This document shows positions 38,845 through 48,231 of a stretch of DNA of 64,000 nt, in pieces (position 1 is the first letter of the stretch; every line of letters starts with the position of its first letter). This DNA is from Candidatus Poribacteria bacterium (lineage in GTDB: Bacteria; Poribacteria; WGA-4E; WGA-3G). The notes below the pieces were generated by a model that saw nothing but the letters and a program-made list of their open reading frames with translations, did no database searches and was not told where the DNA came from. The stretch covers positions 270,339 through 334,338 of the forward strand of contig JAPPCZ010000086.1 of the NCBI GenBank assembly GCA_028824685.1, in the 5' to 3' direction. The translations under genes and the position numbers were made by a program.

Positions 38845-40167
38845 ATGATTACACATATACGAGTTCAAAACTTCAAGTCGTGGGAAGATAGTGGCTATAT
38901 TAAATTTGGACCGCTAACAGGCTTTTTCGGGACGAATAGTTCCGGAAAGAGTAGTTTGTTACAAATGCTGCTGCTTCTTAAGCAAACGACGGAATATAAA
39001 GATACTGAAGATGTTATCTTTTTTGGAGATGAAACTTCCTATGTAAATCTTGGTAATTTCCGTGAAGTGATCCATGCACACAGAATGATAGCACCGCTTG
39101 TATTTGAGCTTCAATGTCAACTTACCCACCCTCGCTCTCTCATCAAAATTTCTGAAGATGGTTCTCCGTGGGAGCAGAAAGTAGAGAAATTCGCTTATGA
39201 AAGTGTAATTCAAGTTGAAAATAGAGAATTAATCGTGGGAAAACTCAGTTACGGGGCTTCCCTCAATGGGGTTGCGGAAATAGTATGTAGTGAGGGACAG
39301 GCATCATTTCGCAATACGTATGGTGAAGAATCTATTCTAAAACTGGAAAATTGTTACGGCATACGATCAACTGGGGAAACCGAAGTTGAAAAGTTTCTAA
39401 GGAAATACTCATCTGCATTTGAAGAGTTGTTTACGTACGTTTTCTATCTTGGTCCAACCCGTTCACATCCAAAACGTCAGTATCACTGGGAAGGTAGTCA
39501 TCCCGCAGATATTGGACATTGGGGTGACAAAATGATTGATGCTCTCCTCTCTGCCCGTGTAGATTTAAAGACAATTCAGTGCGATGAAGTAAATATCTCA
39601 ATTGAGGAAAAGATCTCAGAATGGCTACGAGAGATGGAGCTTGCCTATTCCTTTTTGCTTGAACGGATTGAAACGAGAGATGGAAAAGATTATGATGTTA
39701 GAATTCAAACGAAAGAGTATGGATCAAAAATAGCACTTGCAGACATGGGGTATGGATTGTCACAGTTTCTGCCTGTTCTTGTTCTCTGTTACTATGCACC
39801 AGAGGGTTCAACCTTAATTTTGGAGCAACCCGGTATCCACCTCCACCCAATGGTTCAATCCCAACTCGCGGATCTTTTGATTGAGGTCGTCAACGAACGG
39901 AAACTCCAGATTTTGGTAGAAAGCCATAGCGAACATTTCTTAACTCGTTTACAACGAAGAATTGCTGAAGAAAAAATTGCTGCAGATCAAACCGCCCTCT
40001 ATTTTTGTCGGAATGATAACGGCGTTTCTAACATTGAACAGTTGAAAGTAGATGAATTCGGTAACATTGAAAACTGGCCAGAAAACTTTTTTGGTAACGA
40101 GATGGGGGACCTATTCGCAATGACTGATGCGCAAAGTGAACGTCAGAAGAGAGCGGAGGGTGAATGA
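38845..40167 (+). CDS. ABC-type ATPase with DUF3696-like C-terminus, copy 2
   Basis: Same motifs as copy 1, with a divergent central insert. Confidence 0.85.
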   Translation: MITHIRVQNFKSWEDSGYIKFGPLTGFFGTNSSGKSSLLQMLLLLKQTTEYKDTEDVIFFGDETSYVNLGNFREVIHAHRMIAPLVFELQCQLTHPRSLIKISEDGSPWEQKVEKFAYESVIQVENRELIVGKLSYGASLNGVAEIVCSEGQASFRNTYGEESILKLENCYGIRSTGETEVEKFLRKYSSAFEELFTYVFYLGPTRSHPKRQYHWEGSHPADIGHWGDKMIDALLSARVDLKTIQCDEVNISIEEKISEWLREMELAYSFLLERIETRDGKDYDVRIQTKEYGSKIALADMGYGLSQFLPVLVLCYYAPEGSTLILEQPGIHLHPMVQSQLADLLIEVVNERKLQILVESHSEHFLTRLQRRIAEEKIAADQTALYFCRNDNGVSNIEQLKVDEFGNIENWPENFFGNEMGDLFAMTDAQSERQKRAEGE

Positions 40168-40664
40168 ACGCTGTTATTGTAGATACGAACGTAATCGTCA
40201 TTGCCAACGATACAGATGATAAACGTGCAGATTGTAGAGACCTTTGTCAAGATCGCCTTCATCAGATTATCTCTCGTCGTGAAAAAGTGGTTATTGACAA
40301 CAATTGGCGAATCCTTAAGGAGTACGAGCGCAATACAAAACCTAACACTCGAAAAGGGATAGGCGATGTGTTTGTGAAAACGCTACTGCGAAATCAGAAA
40401 AACGCAAATTTTTGTGCAATGGTGCATATCACTCCGCTAGCTGGAAATGGCACTGAATTTAAAGAGTTTCCAACTGACAACGCATTACGTGGCTTTGACC
40501 CTGATGATAGGAAATTTATTGCCGTTGCAATTGCGCATCAGGCACAATTTGGGCAAACAGCAACTATTTTATTGGCAATAGATAGTGGTTGGACAAATTA
40601 TATAACCGCGCTTGCAGCACATAGCGTTGACATTCATTCTATCTGTGAAGAGGACACTTCCTGA
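40164..40664 (+). CDS. PIN-domain protein, copy 2
   Basis: VIVDTNVI, DDRKFIAVA, IDSGW; ATGA overlap with ATPase copy 2. Confidence 0.75.
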   Translation: MNAVIVDTNVIVIANDTDDKRADCRDLCQDRLHQIISRREKVVIDNNWRILKEYERNTKPNTRKGIGDVFVKTLLRNQKNANFCAMVHITPLAGNGTEFKEFPTDNALRGFDPDDRKFIAVAIAHQAQFGQTATILLAIDSGWTNYITALAAHSVDIHSICEEDTS

Positions 40665-40689
40665 GACGTTATCCCGAACCCTATACCAA

Positions 40690-41547
40690 ATGCGTCGTAA
40701 TTACCGCCTCTTAATCCTACTCTCCCTACTCTCCCCCGTTATTCTCTGGCTTGTCTGTTTCTTTTTTCTTCCCCTCATCTCTGTCCTCATCTATAGTTTT
40801 GTGGAGCGCGGCACCTATGGCGGAGTAGAGTGGAACTTCACACTGGAAAACTATCAGCGTCTGTTCGACGGACTCTATCTCGGCATACTTTGGCGTTCAA
40901 TTTCAACAGCACTCGTCTGCACAGCGATTTGTTTGCTTGTCGGTTATCCGTTTGCCTATTACTTGGCATGCTACAAACCGAAATGGCGAAATGTGTTGTT
41001 ACTTTTGGTAGTTGTCCCGTTTTGGATTAACTTCCTGATACGCACCTATGCATGGATACTGATTTTACGCACAGAAGGGCTGCTGAACAGTTTTCTCGCC
41101 CTACTAATTCCAGGATTTCAGCCCTTAGAACTCCTCAATACACCTTTTGCAGTGCAGATTGGTCTGGTTTACGGCTATCTACCATTCATGATACTACCGC
41201 TATACGCTGCATTAGAGCAGTTGGATTTGTCGCTGATAGATGCAGCGAAAGATTTGGGAGCATCTCCACGTCATGCTTTTTGGCATATCACCCTGCCGCT
41301 TAGCCTTCCCGGCATTCTTGCAGGCTCAATGTTAGTTTTTATCCCAACGGTTGGTGCATTTCTAACGCCAGATATCCTCGGTGGTGGAAAGGTAAGCTTT
41401 ATCGGCAATGTAATTGAACGACAATTCAAAACAGCGCGAGATTATCCATTTGGTTCTGCTCTCTCATTCATGCTGATGGCGATAGTACTTGCAGGGACTA
41501 TACTATATTTCCGTGCTTTGCAAGGCAGCGAATCTGCAGAAACTTAG
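40690..41547 (+). CDS. potB: Polyamine ABC transporter permease, PotB-like
   Basis: PFWINFLIRTYAW, YLPFMILPLY, EAA-like DAAKDLGA, ITLPLSLPG. Confidence 0.82.
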   Translation: MRRNYRLLILLSLLSPVILWLVCFFFLPLISVLIYSFVERGTYGGVEWNFTLENYQRLFDGLYLGILWRSISTALVCTAICLLVGYPFAYYLACYKPKWRNVLLLLVVVPFWINFLIRTYAWILILRTEGLLNSFLALLIPGFQPLELLNTPFAVQIGLVYGYLPFMILPLYAALEQLDLSLIDAAKDLGASPRHAFWHITLPLSLPGILAGSMLVFIPTVGAFLTPDILGGGKVSFIGNVIERQFKTARDYPFGSALSFMLMAIVLAGTILYFRALQGSESAET

Positions 41548-41584
41548 TCAAGGTTACGGCACACGGATTTTGCCTACTACTTCA

Positions 41585-42358
41585 ATGAAACGACTTCTTG
41601 AAATCAATATCTGCTTAGTCTTTCTTTTCCTCTATATCCCGATTTTAGTTGTTGTTATGTTCTCATTCAACAGTGGGGATCAGATTGCGGTTTGGGAAGG
41701 GTTTTCGCTCAACTGGTATGCAAAGTTGTTCAAGAATCCTGATGTGTGGCGTGCATGTAAAAATAGTTTGATCATCGCAGGTGTTGCGACGTTCATCTCA
41801 ACCATCATCGGGACCGCTGCAGCACTCGCAATAGAAAAATATCGATTTCGGATTCGCACTGCTTTAACCCGTGTGCTCTATCTACCACTCATCATACCTG
41901 ATATTGTCTTAGCGATTGCCTTGTTGACGTTTTATGTACAGGTCAAATTTTCACGTGGATTAACGTCGGTGATTTTAGCGCACGTAGTTTTCAACATCGC
42001 TTACGTTACAATAGTTGTCCGCGCGCGTTTGGAGGGTTACGATGACACCATAGAGGAAGCAGCGCTTGATCTTGGCGCAAACCGATGGCAAACATTTTGG
42101 CGGATTACGTTCCCGCTTATTGCTCCCGGTATCATCGGTGGTGCACTGCTCGCTTTCACGCTCTCAATAGACGACTTTGTCATCACATTCTTTACTGCAG
42201 GCGTTGGATCAACAACGCTTTCAGTATATATCTATTCCAGTTTAAAGTACGGTATCACACCAGAGTTAAACGCCATTTCAACGATGTTGTTAGTAAATTC
42301 AATCGTATTCATTTTGTTATTCCTGTGGTTTCGGGGACGAAACACACAAACGAGTTAA
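41585..42358 (+). CDS. potC: Polyamine ABC transporter permease, PotC-like
   Basis: FLYIPI..SFN, GFSLNWY, EEAALDLGA, FTLSIDDFVITFF, PELNAIST. Confidence 0.85.
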   Translation: MKRLLEINICLVFLFLYIPILVVVMFSFNSGDQIAVWEGFSLNWYAKLFKNPDVWRACKNSLIIAGVATFISTIIGTAAALAIEKYRFRIRTALTRVLYLPLIIPDIVLAIALLTFYVQVKFSRGLTSVILAHVVFNIAYVTIVVRARLEGYDDTIEEAALDLGANRWQTFWRITFPLIAPGIIGGALLAFTLSIDDFVITFFTAGVGSTTLSVYIYSSLKYGITPELNAISTMLLVNSIVFILLFLWFRGRNTQTS

Positions 42359-42481
42359 CCAATTACTTGAAATTATGGTATAATGTAGTGAGTTCGAATA
42401 TAATAATTTAGCCTTCTTGAAGGTTGTTTCCAAACTTCTTTTCTCGAAACAATTGTCAGAACCTTTCAGAAGATATACGGA

Positions 42482-42504
42482 AATTTCAGAGTTACTCTGA
42501 AATT
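42482..42504. promoter_or_regulatory. Perfect 11-bp inverted repeat, operator-like
   Basis: AATTTCAGAGT-T-ACTCTGAAATT. Confidence 0.4.
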
Positions 42505-42634
42505 GTTGTTTTTCAAAAATGATGAAAACCCTTATTAAGACTGGATTTACCGGCAGTTTTCGCATCTGTTCTAAGGACTGACTCTGAAAATTTCAGCATA
42601 CGTCTAAAAAAAATGTTGTGTCGAACTTAGGTTA

Positions 42635-43399
42635 ATGTTAAGTAATATGAAAATCCAAAAACTTCAAATTTATATCCAAATCCTATGTCTATTGTGTGCA
42701 ATTGCATTTGTATCGGCTTGTGATACAGAAAACTTGCTGAACATTGATGGGGAGATGCTTGATATAGATTTACAATCTGAGACTCAAACGCTCAATATCG
42801 GTGATACCACAACCATCAATGCAACGGTGAGTTACTCTGGAAACTCAGCAGTGCTGGTTTACGAATGGAACGCAAGCGGCGGTAGGATTGTAGGGGATGG
42901 TGATACCGTTGTTTATGTCGCCCCTGAATCCGCTGGCACTTATACGATCACCCTTGAAGTCTCTGATGGCACAGTAGCGGAACGTAATGATATTCGGATT
43001 GAGGTAAATATCGGTCATGCGATTGTAGCGATGCCAAATCGCTATTGGCAAGGGAACACCTTCACGCAGACTTTAACATATCGGTTGAACATAGAAGAGA
43101 TATTTCGTGATAACATCACGTTGCGATATGAGATATTGCAGGATACAGCACGCGCAGGGGCATTTTTGACAATAACTCTCAATGGTACGCCGGTTATTAG
43201 AAATCGCGCAATTGGTGCTGTGCAGCCTGCTGAGATGCTGTTGATCGCAGATGGTGTAGATGTTTCGCGAATTATAACTGCACCGGGCAATTATGAACTT
43301 GCTCTAACACTTGAGGTCGTGAACGTTATGGAAGATGCTTGGTTGTTACGGAAACTGACACTGATTGGGGCTGAAGGCACAATAGCTGAGGTGCGTTAA
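42635..43399 (+). CDS. Putative lipoprotein with PKD/Ig-like domain
   Basis: Lipobox-like VSAC; YEWNASGG...YVAPESAGTYTITLEVSDG. Confidence 0.7.
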   Translation: MLSNMKIQKLQIYIQILCLLCAIAFVSACDTENLLNIDGEMLDIDLQSETQTLNIGDTTTINATVSYSGNSAVLVYEWNASGGRIVGDGDTVVYVAPESAGTYTITLEVSDGTVAERNDIRIEVNIGHAIVAMPNRYWQGNTFTQTLTYRLNIEEIFRDNITLRYEILQDTARAGAFLTITLNGTPVIRNRAIGAVQPAEMLLIADGVDVSRIITAPGNYELALTLEVVNVMEDAWLLRKLTLIGAEGTIAEVR

Positions 43400-43415
43400 C
43401 ACACAGGAAATTGTA

Positions 43416-44531
43416 TTGAACGCAAGCATTCAAGCACATGTAGAAGTTGACCTAAAAGCGATTCAAGCCAATGCAACAGCAATAAAAGCACACACAGGAG
43501 GGCAGTTAATTGCCGTTGTGAAAGCAGATGCCTACGGACACGGTGCTATTCCTGTAGCAGAGGCATTGCATACAATTGCAGACATGTTCGCAGTTGCAAC
43601 GGTTGCGGAAGCCATTGAACTGCGTGAAGCGGGCATTCAAAAGCCTATTCTTATTCTGTTTAGTCCTCTACCCGATTTTGCAGAGGAGATCATCGCACAC
43701 GACTTGACTCCTGCAGTTGATAATTTCACCCTGGCGCAAGAAATGAACAAAGTTGTTGAAGATGGTAAGTCCCAATCACAACAGACATCTACAGAAAAAG
43801 TAAAAGTTCACATTGATGTTAACACAGGGATGAATCGATGCGGGGTTCGTTACACCGAAGTGGCAGCGTTCCTGAAAAAAATAAAAACATTACCGCACAT
43901 TGAGATTGAGGGTATTTTTACACATTTTGCAACTGCCGATGAAACCGATAAAAGTTTTGCACACCTTCAACTTGAACGATTTTCTTCTGTGCTTGCGAGC
44001 GTTCCGAATATACCGATGACGCATGCCGCGAATAGTCCAGCAGTTCTGGCAATACCTGAATCTCATTTTGACGCAGTGCGTCCCGGCTTGAGTTTATACG
44101 GAATCTATCCCGCAAACGAAAAATCGATTCCGTTGCAACCTGCGCTCACGTGGAAAGCACGTGTCGGATGGATAGATTCTATTGAAGCAGGTGAAGGTGT
44201 CAGCTATGGATTGGTATATAAGGCACCGTCTCGAACTTGTGTGGCAGGGATACAAGTTGGCTTTGGCGATGGCTATCCACGACCACTTTCAGGAGTAGGT
44301 GAAGTGTTAATTGGCGGAAAGTACTGTCCAATCATTGGACGTATCTGTATGGATATGATGGTGGTCAGTTTAGGACCACAAGATAAAGTGGCAATAGGTG
44401 ACGAGGTTGTCCTGATTGGAAAACAGGGAAATGAAGAAATAACAATTTATGAAGTCGCAGAACGTGCCAATACTATTCCTTATGAAATTTTGATAAGTAT
44501 AGCAAAACGCGTGAACCGAATTTATTCATAA
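43416..44531 (+). CDS. alr: Alanine racemase
   Basis: AVVKADAYGHG PLP-lysine motif, GIFTHFATAD, VRPGLSLYG, GRICMD, TIPYE. Confidence 0.95.
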   Translation: MNASIQAHVEVDLKAIQANATAIKAHTGGQLIAVVKADAYGHGAIPVAEALHTIADMFAVATVAEAIELREAGIQKPILILFSPLPDFAEEIIAHDLTPAVDNFTLAQEMNKVVEDGKSQSQQTSTEKVKVHIDVNTGMNRCGVRYTEVAAFLKKIKTLPHIEIEGIFTHFATADETDKSFAHLQLERFSSVLASVPNIPMTHAANSPAVLAIPESHFDAVRPGLSLYGIYPANEKSIPLQPALTWKARVGWIDSIEAGEGVSYGLVYKAPSRTCVAGIQVGFGDGYPRPLSGVGEVLIGGKYCPIIGRICMDMMVVSLGPQDKVAIGDEVVLIGKQGNEEITIYEVAERANTIPYEILISIAKRVNRIYS

Positions 44532-44539
44532 TATAAAAA

Positions 44540-45457
44540 ATGCTAATTGAAATAAAAAACCTCTCAGTCTTTTTCGGGACTAATCCTGCTTTAGACGACC
44601 TTTCAGTAGAATTAGAAGGCGGTGCTATCGGATTATTAGGTCCTAATGGTGCTGGAAAAAGCACACTGATTAAAATGCTTCTCGGTTTTGTCCAGCCAAC
44701 CAGAGGTGAAGCAAAAGTGTTTGGTCTGGATGTGCAAACTGAACAAGTGGCTATCCGACAACAGATCGGATATTTGCCCGAAGACGACTGCTTAATCCCT
44801 CAGATGAATGCCGTTCAACTGGTCGCTTACGCAGGTCAACTCTGTGGGATGCCGTCACGGGATGCGATGCAGCGCGCACACGAAGTACTATATTATGTCG
44901 GTGTTGATGAAGAACGTTACCGTCCCATAAGCGGATATTCAGCAGGAATGCGACAACGTATTAAGTTGGCACAAGCATTGGTGCATGATCCGAAGCTGCT
45001 ACTGCTTGACGAACCAACAAATGGCATGGATACAACTGGTAGAGAAGAAATGCTTTTACTTGTTAAAGACATTTCGGTAGATAAGGGAATCTATGTGGTG
45101 TTATCTTCCCACTTGTTGCCTGATGTAGAGTCCGCATGTCAACACGTAATGGGACTCTCTCACGGTAGTCTTGTTATCCAAGGAAATATAGAAGATCTCA
45201 GAAAGAATCATGGGCAAGCGTTTGATCTAAAAATTGTAGGTGATCGTGATACTTATGTTGCTGCTTTAGAACGTTACCCCTACAATACTGAATTACGACC
45301 AGACGGACACGTTCGCGTTACATCAACGGAGCAAGAGCAGACAGAAGGAACTTTTTTCTTTAAGTTGGCACATGAAACAGGTGTCCAACTTCGCCAATTG
45401 CGTGAGGTAAAACATTCGCTTGAGGATGTTTTTGCTGACGCTATGGAAATGGAGTAA
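44540..45457 (+). CDS. ABC-2-type transporter ATP-binding protein
   Basis: GPNGAGKST, YSAGMRQR, LLLDEPT, SSHLL. Confidence 0.9.
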   Translation: MLIEIKNLSVFFGTNPALDDLSVELEGGAIGLLGPNGAGKSTLIKMLLGFVQPTRGEAKVFGLDVQTEQVAIRQQIGYLPEDDCLIPQMNAVQLVAYAGQLCGMPSRDAMQRAHEVLYYVGVDEERYRPISGYSAGMRQRIKLAQALVHDPKLLLLDEPTNGMDTTGREEMLLLVKDISVDKGIYVVLSSHLLPDVESACQHVMGLSHGSLVIQGNIEDLRKNHGQAFDLKIVGDRDTYVAALERYPYNTELRPDGHVRVTSTEQEQTEGTFFFKLAHETGVQLRQLREVKHSLEDVFADAMEME

Positions 45458-45552
45458 TAAAAAATATCCGTCTATTAGTCGTTTAGTGAAAGTGTCACTT
45501 AAATCATTTGCTCAGAGATAATGAATTAGCAACAATTTAGAAGGGAAATCAA

Positions 45553-46884
45553 ATGGCAGATAAAGAAAATCTGATTGATGTTGGTGTTGCGCAAATAGAC
45601 ATAACCCCCGATTACCCGATTCGGCTCAACGGCTACGGCAGTCGGCGAACAGAATCTGAGGGAATTATCCAGCGGATATACGCAAAAGCACTTGTGATCG
45701 GTAGCGATGACGATGATCCTGTGGTCATGATAACCGTAGAAAACTGCGGCTTACCTGATGAGTTAACCGAAGAAGTGTCCGAACGCGTAAAAAATAAAAC
45801 AGGAATCTCGCGAGAGAATTTCGTAGCATGTTACACACATACCCACAGCGCGCCGTGCTTAACAAACGCTGCATCGTTTATCTTCAGTGCTGATATTTCA
45901 CCTGAAGAACAGGAAAAAATTGACCGCTACACGCAACAACTTAAAAACTGGATGGAAACAGTTGCACTTGAAGCGCTCACAAGGCGACAACCTTGCCGAT
46001 TAGCATGGAACATCGGTGAACTCGGTTTTGCAAAGAATAGACGAACGGAAGGTGGGCCTGTAGACCATTCATTACCGGTGATGCAGATAACGGATGCTGA
46101 TGGCACTTTGCGTGCCGTGTGGGTAAGTTATGCTTGTCATTGCACAACATTAGCAGGGGCTGACAACCATATCTGCGGTGATTGGGCAGGATTTGCACAA
46201 GAAGAGATTCAAAATGCACATCCCGATGTAACCGCACTGATAACGATTGGATGTGGAGCGGATGCCAACCCAGAGTCCCGCATGCGACCAATGCCCGAAG
46301 GAAAACAAGAGGTATTCGAAACGCGACTCGCTTATGCTAAAGAACACGGGAGGGCGCTCGCACAAGAGGTTGAACACCAACTTGAACGAGAAGCAATCAG
46401 CATTTCCAATGTGCCTAAAGGCGCGTTTGCGAGAGTGAATTTGCCGTTTGATAAACTGCCAACCCATGAGGAGTGGGAGGAACGAGCAGCACAAGGTGGT
46501 GCGGGGGCATACCATGCTAAAAAACATCTTGAAATGTTACAGAATGGTCAAGCCATCAAAACGGATATCTCTTATCCAATACAAGCGTGGACGTTTGGTG
46601 ATGAATTGGCTGTTCTGTTCCTTGCAAGTGAGGTGGTAGTAGATTTTTCGCTGCGTTTGAAAAAAGAGTTTGACACCACAAGATTATGGGTAGGTGCTTA
46701 TGCAAACGCTTTTCCCGGCTATATCCCATCTGAGCGGGTGTTGGCTGAAGGCGGATATGAAGGTGGCGGTGCAATGATCTATTTCGGTCAACCTACCCGG
46801 TTTGCCCCCGGTGTTGAACAGCTGGTAATTGATACCGTGCATCAAGTGCTACCAACAGAATTCCTTGCAAAATCTAACAACTGA
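45553..46884 (+). CDS. Neutral/alkaline ceramidase-like family protein
   Basis: GVAQIDITP, THTHSAP, YACHCT, GCGADANP, YIPS...GGYEG motifs. Confidence 0.78.
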   Translation: MADKENLIDVGVAQIDITPDYPIRLNGYGSRRTESEGIIQRIYAKALVIGSDDDDPVVMITVENCGLPDELTEEVSERVKNKTGISRENFVACYTHTHSAPCLTNAASFIFSADISPEEQEKIDRYTQQLKNWMETVALEALTRRQPCRLAWNIGELGFAKNRRTEGGPVDHSLPVMQITDADGTLRAVWVSYACHCTTLAGADNHICGDWAGFAQEEIQNAHPDVTALITIGCGADANPESRMRPMPEGKQEVFETRLAYAKEHGRALAQEVEHQLEREAISISNVPKGAFARVNLPFDKLPTHEEWEERAAQGGAGAYHAKKHLEMLQNGQAIKTDISYPIQAWTFGDELAVLFLASEVVVDFSLRLKKEFDTTRLWVGAYANAFPGYIPSERVLAEGGYEGGGAMIYFGQPTRFAPGVEQLVIDTVHQVLPTEFLAKSNN

Positions 46885-46897
46885 AAGAGAGAAAATA

Positions 46898-47653
46898 ATG
46901 GAAATAAGACCCAATCAGGTTAAACAGAAATTAGCAAATGGAGAACTTGCGTACGTTATCGCAGGATTGACAAATGCAGATGATATAGACGCTTTCGGTC
47001 CAAACGGATTTGATGGCGTTTGGTTAGAAGGCGAACATGGAAATGTAGATGCTTTAAACCTCGGCAATCTTACACGTGCATGTGATTTGTGGGGCATGAC
47101 CTCTGTTGTGCGTGTCAATCGCAACGATCAAGCTCTCATTTATCGCACCTTGGATTGCGGAGCAATGGGCATCGTTGTGCCGCATGTCAATACAAAATCG
47201 GAAGCACAAAACGTAGTTGATGGCGGAAAGTTCGCGCCAATCGGCCATCGGGGTATGTTCACAAGTCGCCAAGGTTACGGTGTAGACAACTATTTTGACA
47301 TTGCCAATTCACAGACATTGCTGATTGTCTTAATAGAAGATATTGTCGCTGTAAACAACCTTGACCAGATTCTTACAGTTGATCATATAGATGTGTTTTT
47401 CGTAGCACCCTCAGATTTAGCGACATCAATGGGACACATCGGCAATCTTACCCATCCCGATGTGCAAAACACTATTGATACGGCATTGGCACGTATTCAA
47501 GATGCAGGACGTATCGCTGGCACACTGGCACTGGATGATACTGTTGAGAAATATGTGAAGGCTGGCGTGCAGTTTTTGCTTGTTGGTGTCGGGGGGTGGA
47601 TTGCATCTGGCGCGGCGGAATATAAATTGCGGGCAGAGGGTGTGAAAACTTGA
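46898..47653 (+). CDS. HpcH/HpaI aldolase family protein
   Basis: GFDGVWLEGEHG, LDCGAMGIVVPHV, LIED, FVAPSDL. Confidence 0.88.
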   Translation: MEIRPNQVKQKLANGELAYVIAGLTNADDIDAFGPNGFDGVWLEGEHGNVDALNLGNLTRACDLWGMTSVVRVNRNDQALIYRTLDCGAMGIVVPHVNTKSEAQNVVDGGKFAPIGHRGMFTSRQGYGVDNYFDIANSQTLLIVLIEDIVAVNNLDQILTVDHIDVFFVAPSDLATSMGHIGNLTHPDVQNTIDTALARIQDAGRIAGTLALDDTVEKYVKAGVQFLLVGVGGWIASGAAEYKLRAEGVKT

Positions 47654-47732
47654 ACTTATCTTAACGTGAGTTTGATAATAAAATGTGAGTTTGCTCTAAA
47701 CACTCTTCATGCCTAAAGAAAGCAGTATTTTT

Positions 47733-47756
47733 GTAGCATAACCTGTTAGGTTGTGC
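47733..47756 (+). repeat. GTAG-type REP-like palindrome
   Basis: GTA-GCATAACCT-GTT-AGGTTGTGC (one G-U pair). Confidence 0.5.
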
Positions 47757-47842
47757 CGTTTTGCGAAAAATAACAGAGAATGCTGCGGGTGAAAACTTTT
47801 TCAAACTGCCGTTATCTTAAATTGTTTGAAAGGAGATTTATT

Positions 47843-48169
47843 ATGAAAGACTTTCTAAAGTTTAAAAAGATGATCACACCGATTATCATTCCAATTCTGT
47901 TTTGGATTGGGACTATTATTTGTATAATTGTTGGACTTGTTATGATCATTACGGGGACTACTGGTGAGTTACGTGAGTTTCGACCCGTTGGTGAGGAAAT
48001 AGTCCTTATAGGACTTGGATATATCTTTTTGGGTCCAATTGTTATGCGTGTATACTGTGAGTTTTTGATAATCCTGTTTTCCGTTAACGATAAACTGGAA
48101 GATATTAAAGGTTTGTTAAAATCCCAGCAAGATAATGATAACCAAGACAATTCGTTAAATGAAGATTAA
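47843..48169 (+). CDS. DUF4282-like small membrane protein
   Basis: FLKFKKMITPIII..FWIG, two TM helices, RVYCEFLIILF; AAGGAG SD. Confidence 0.75.
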   Translation: MKDFLKFKKMITPIIIPILFWIGTIICIIVGLVMIITGTTGELREFRPVGEEIVLIGLGYIFLGPIVMRVYCEFLIILFSVNDKLEDIKGLLKSQQDNDNQDNSLNED

Positions 48170-48231
48170 ACAAGTATGAATTAGGAATCGTAAAGGAATC
48201 GCTTCCAAGAGCACCGATTGGTTTCTATTGA

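Noticed and set aside
36957-40664. Prophage or integrative element carrying the ATPase-PIN cassettes
   Set aside because: No integrase, att-like direct repeats or phage genes were found around them
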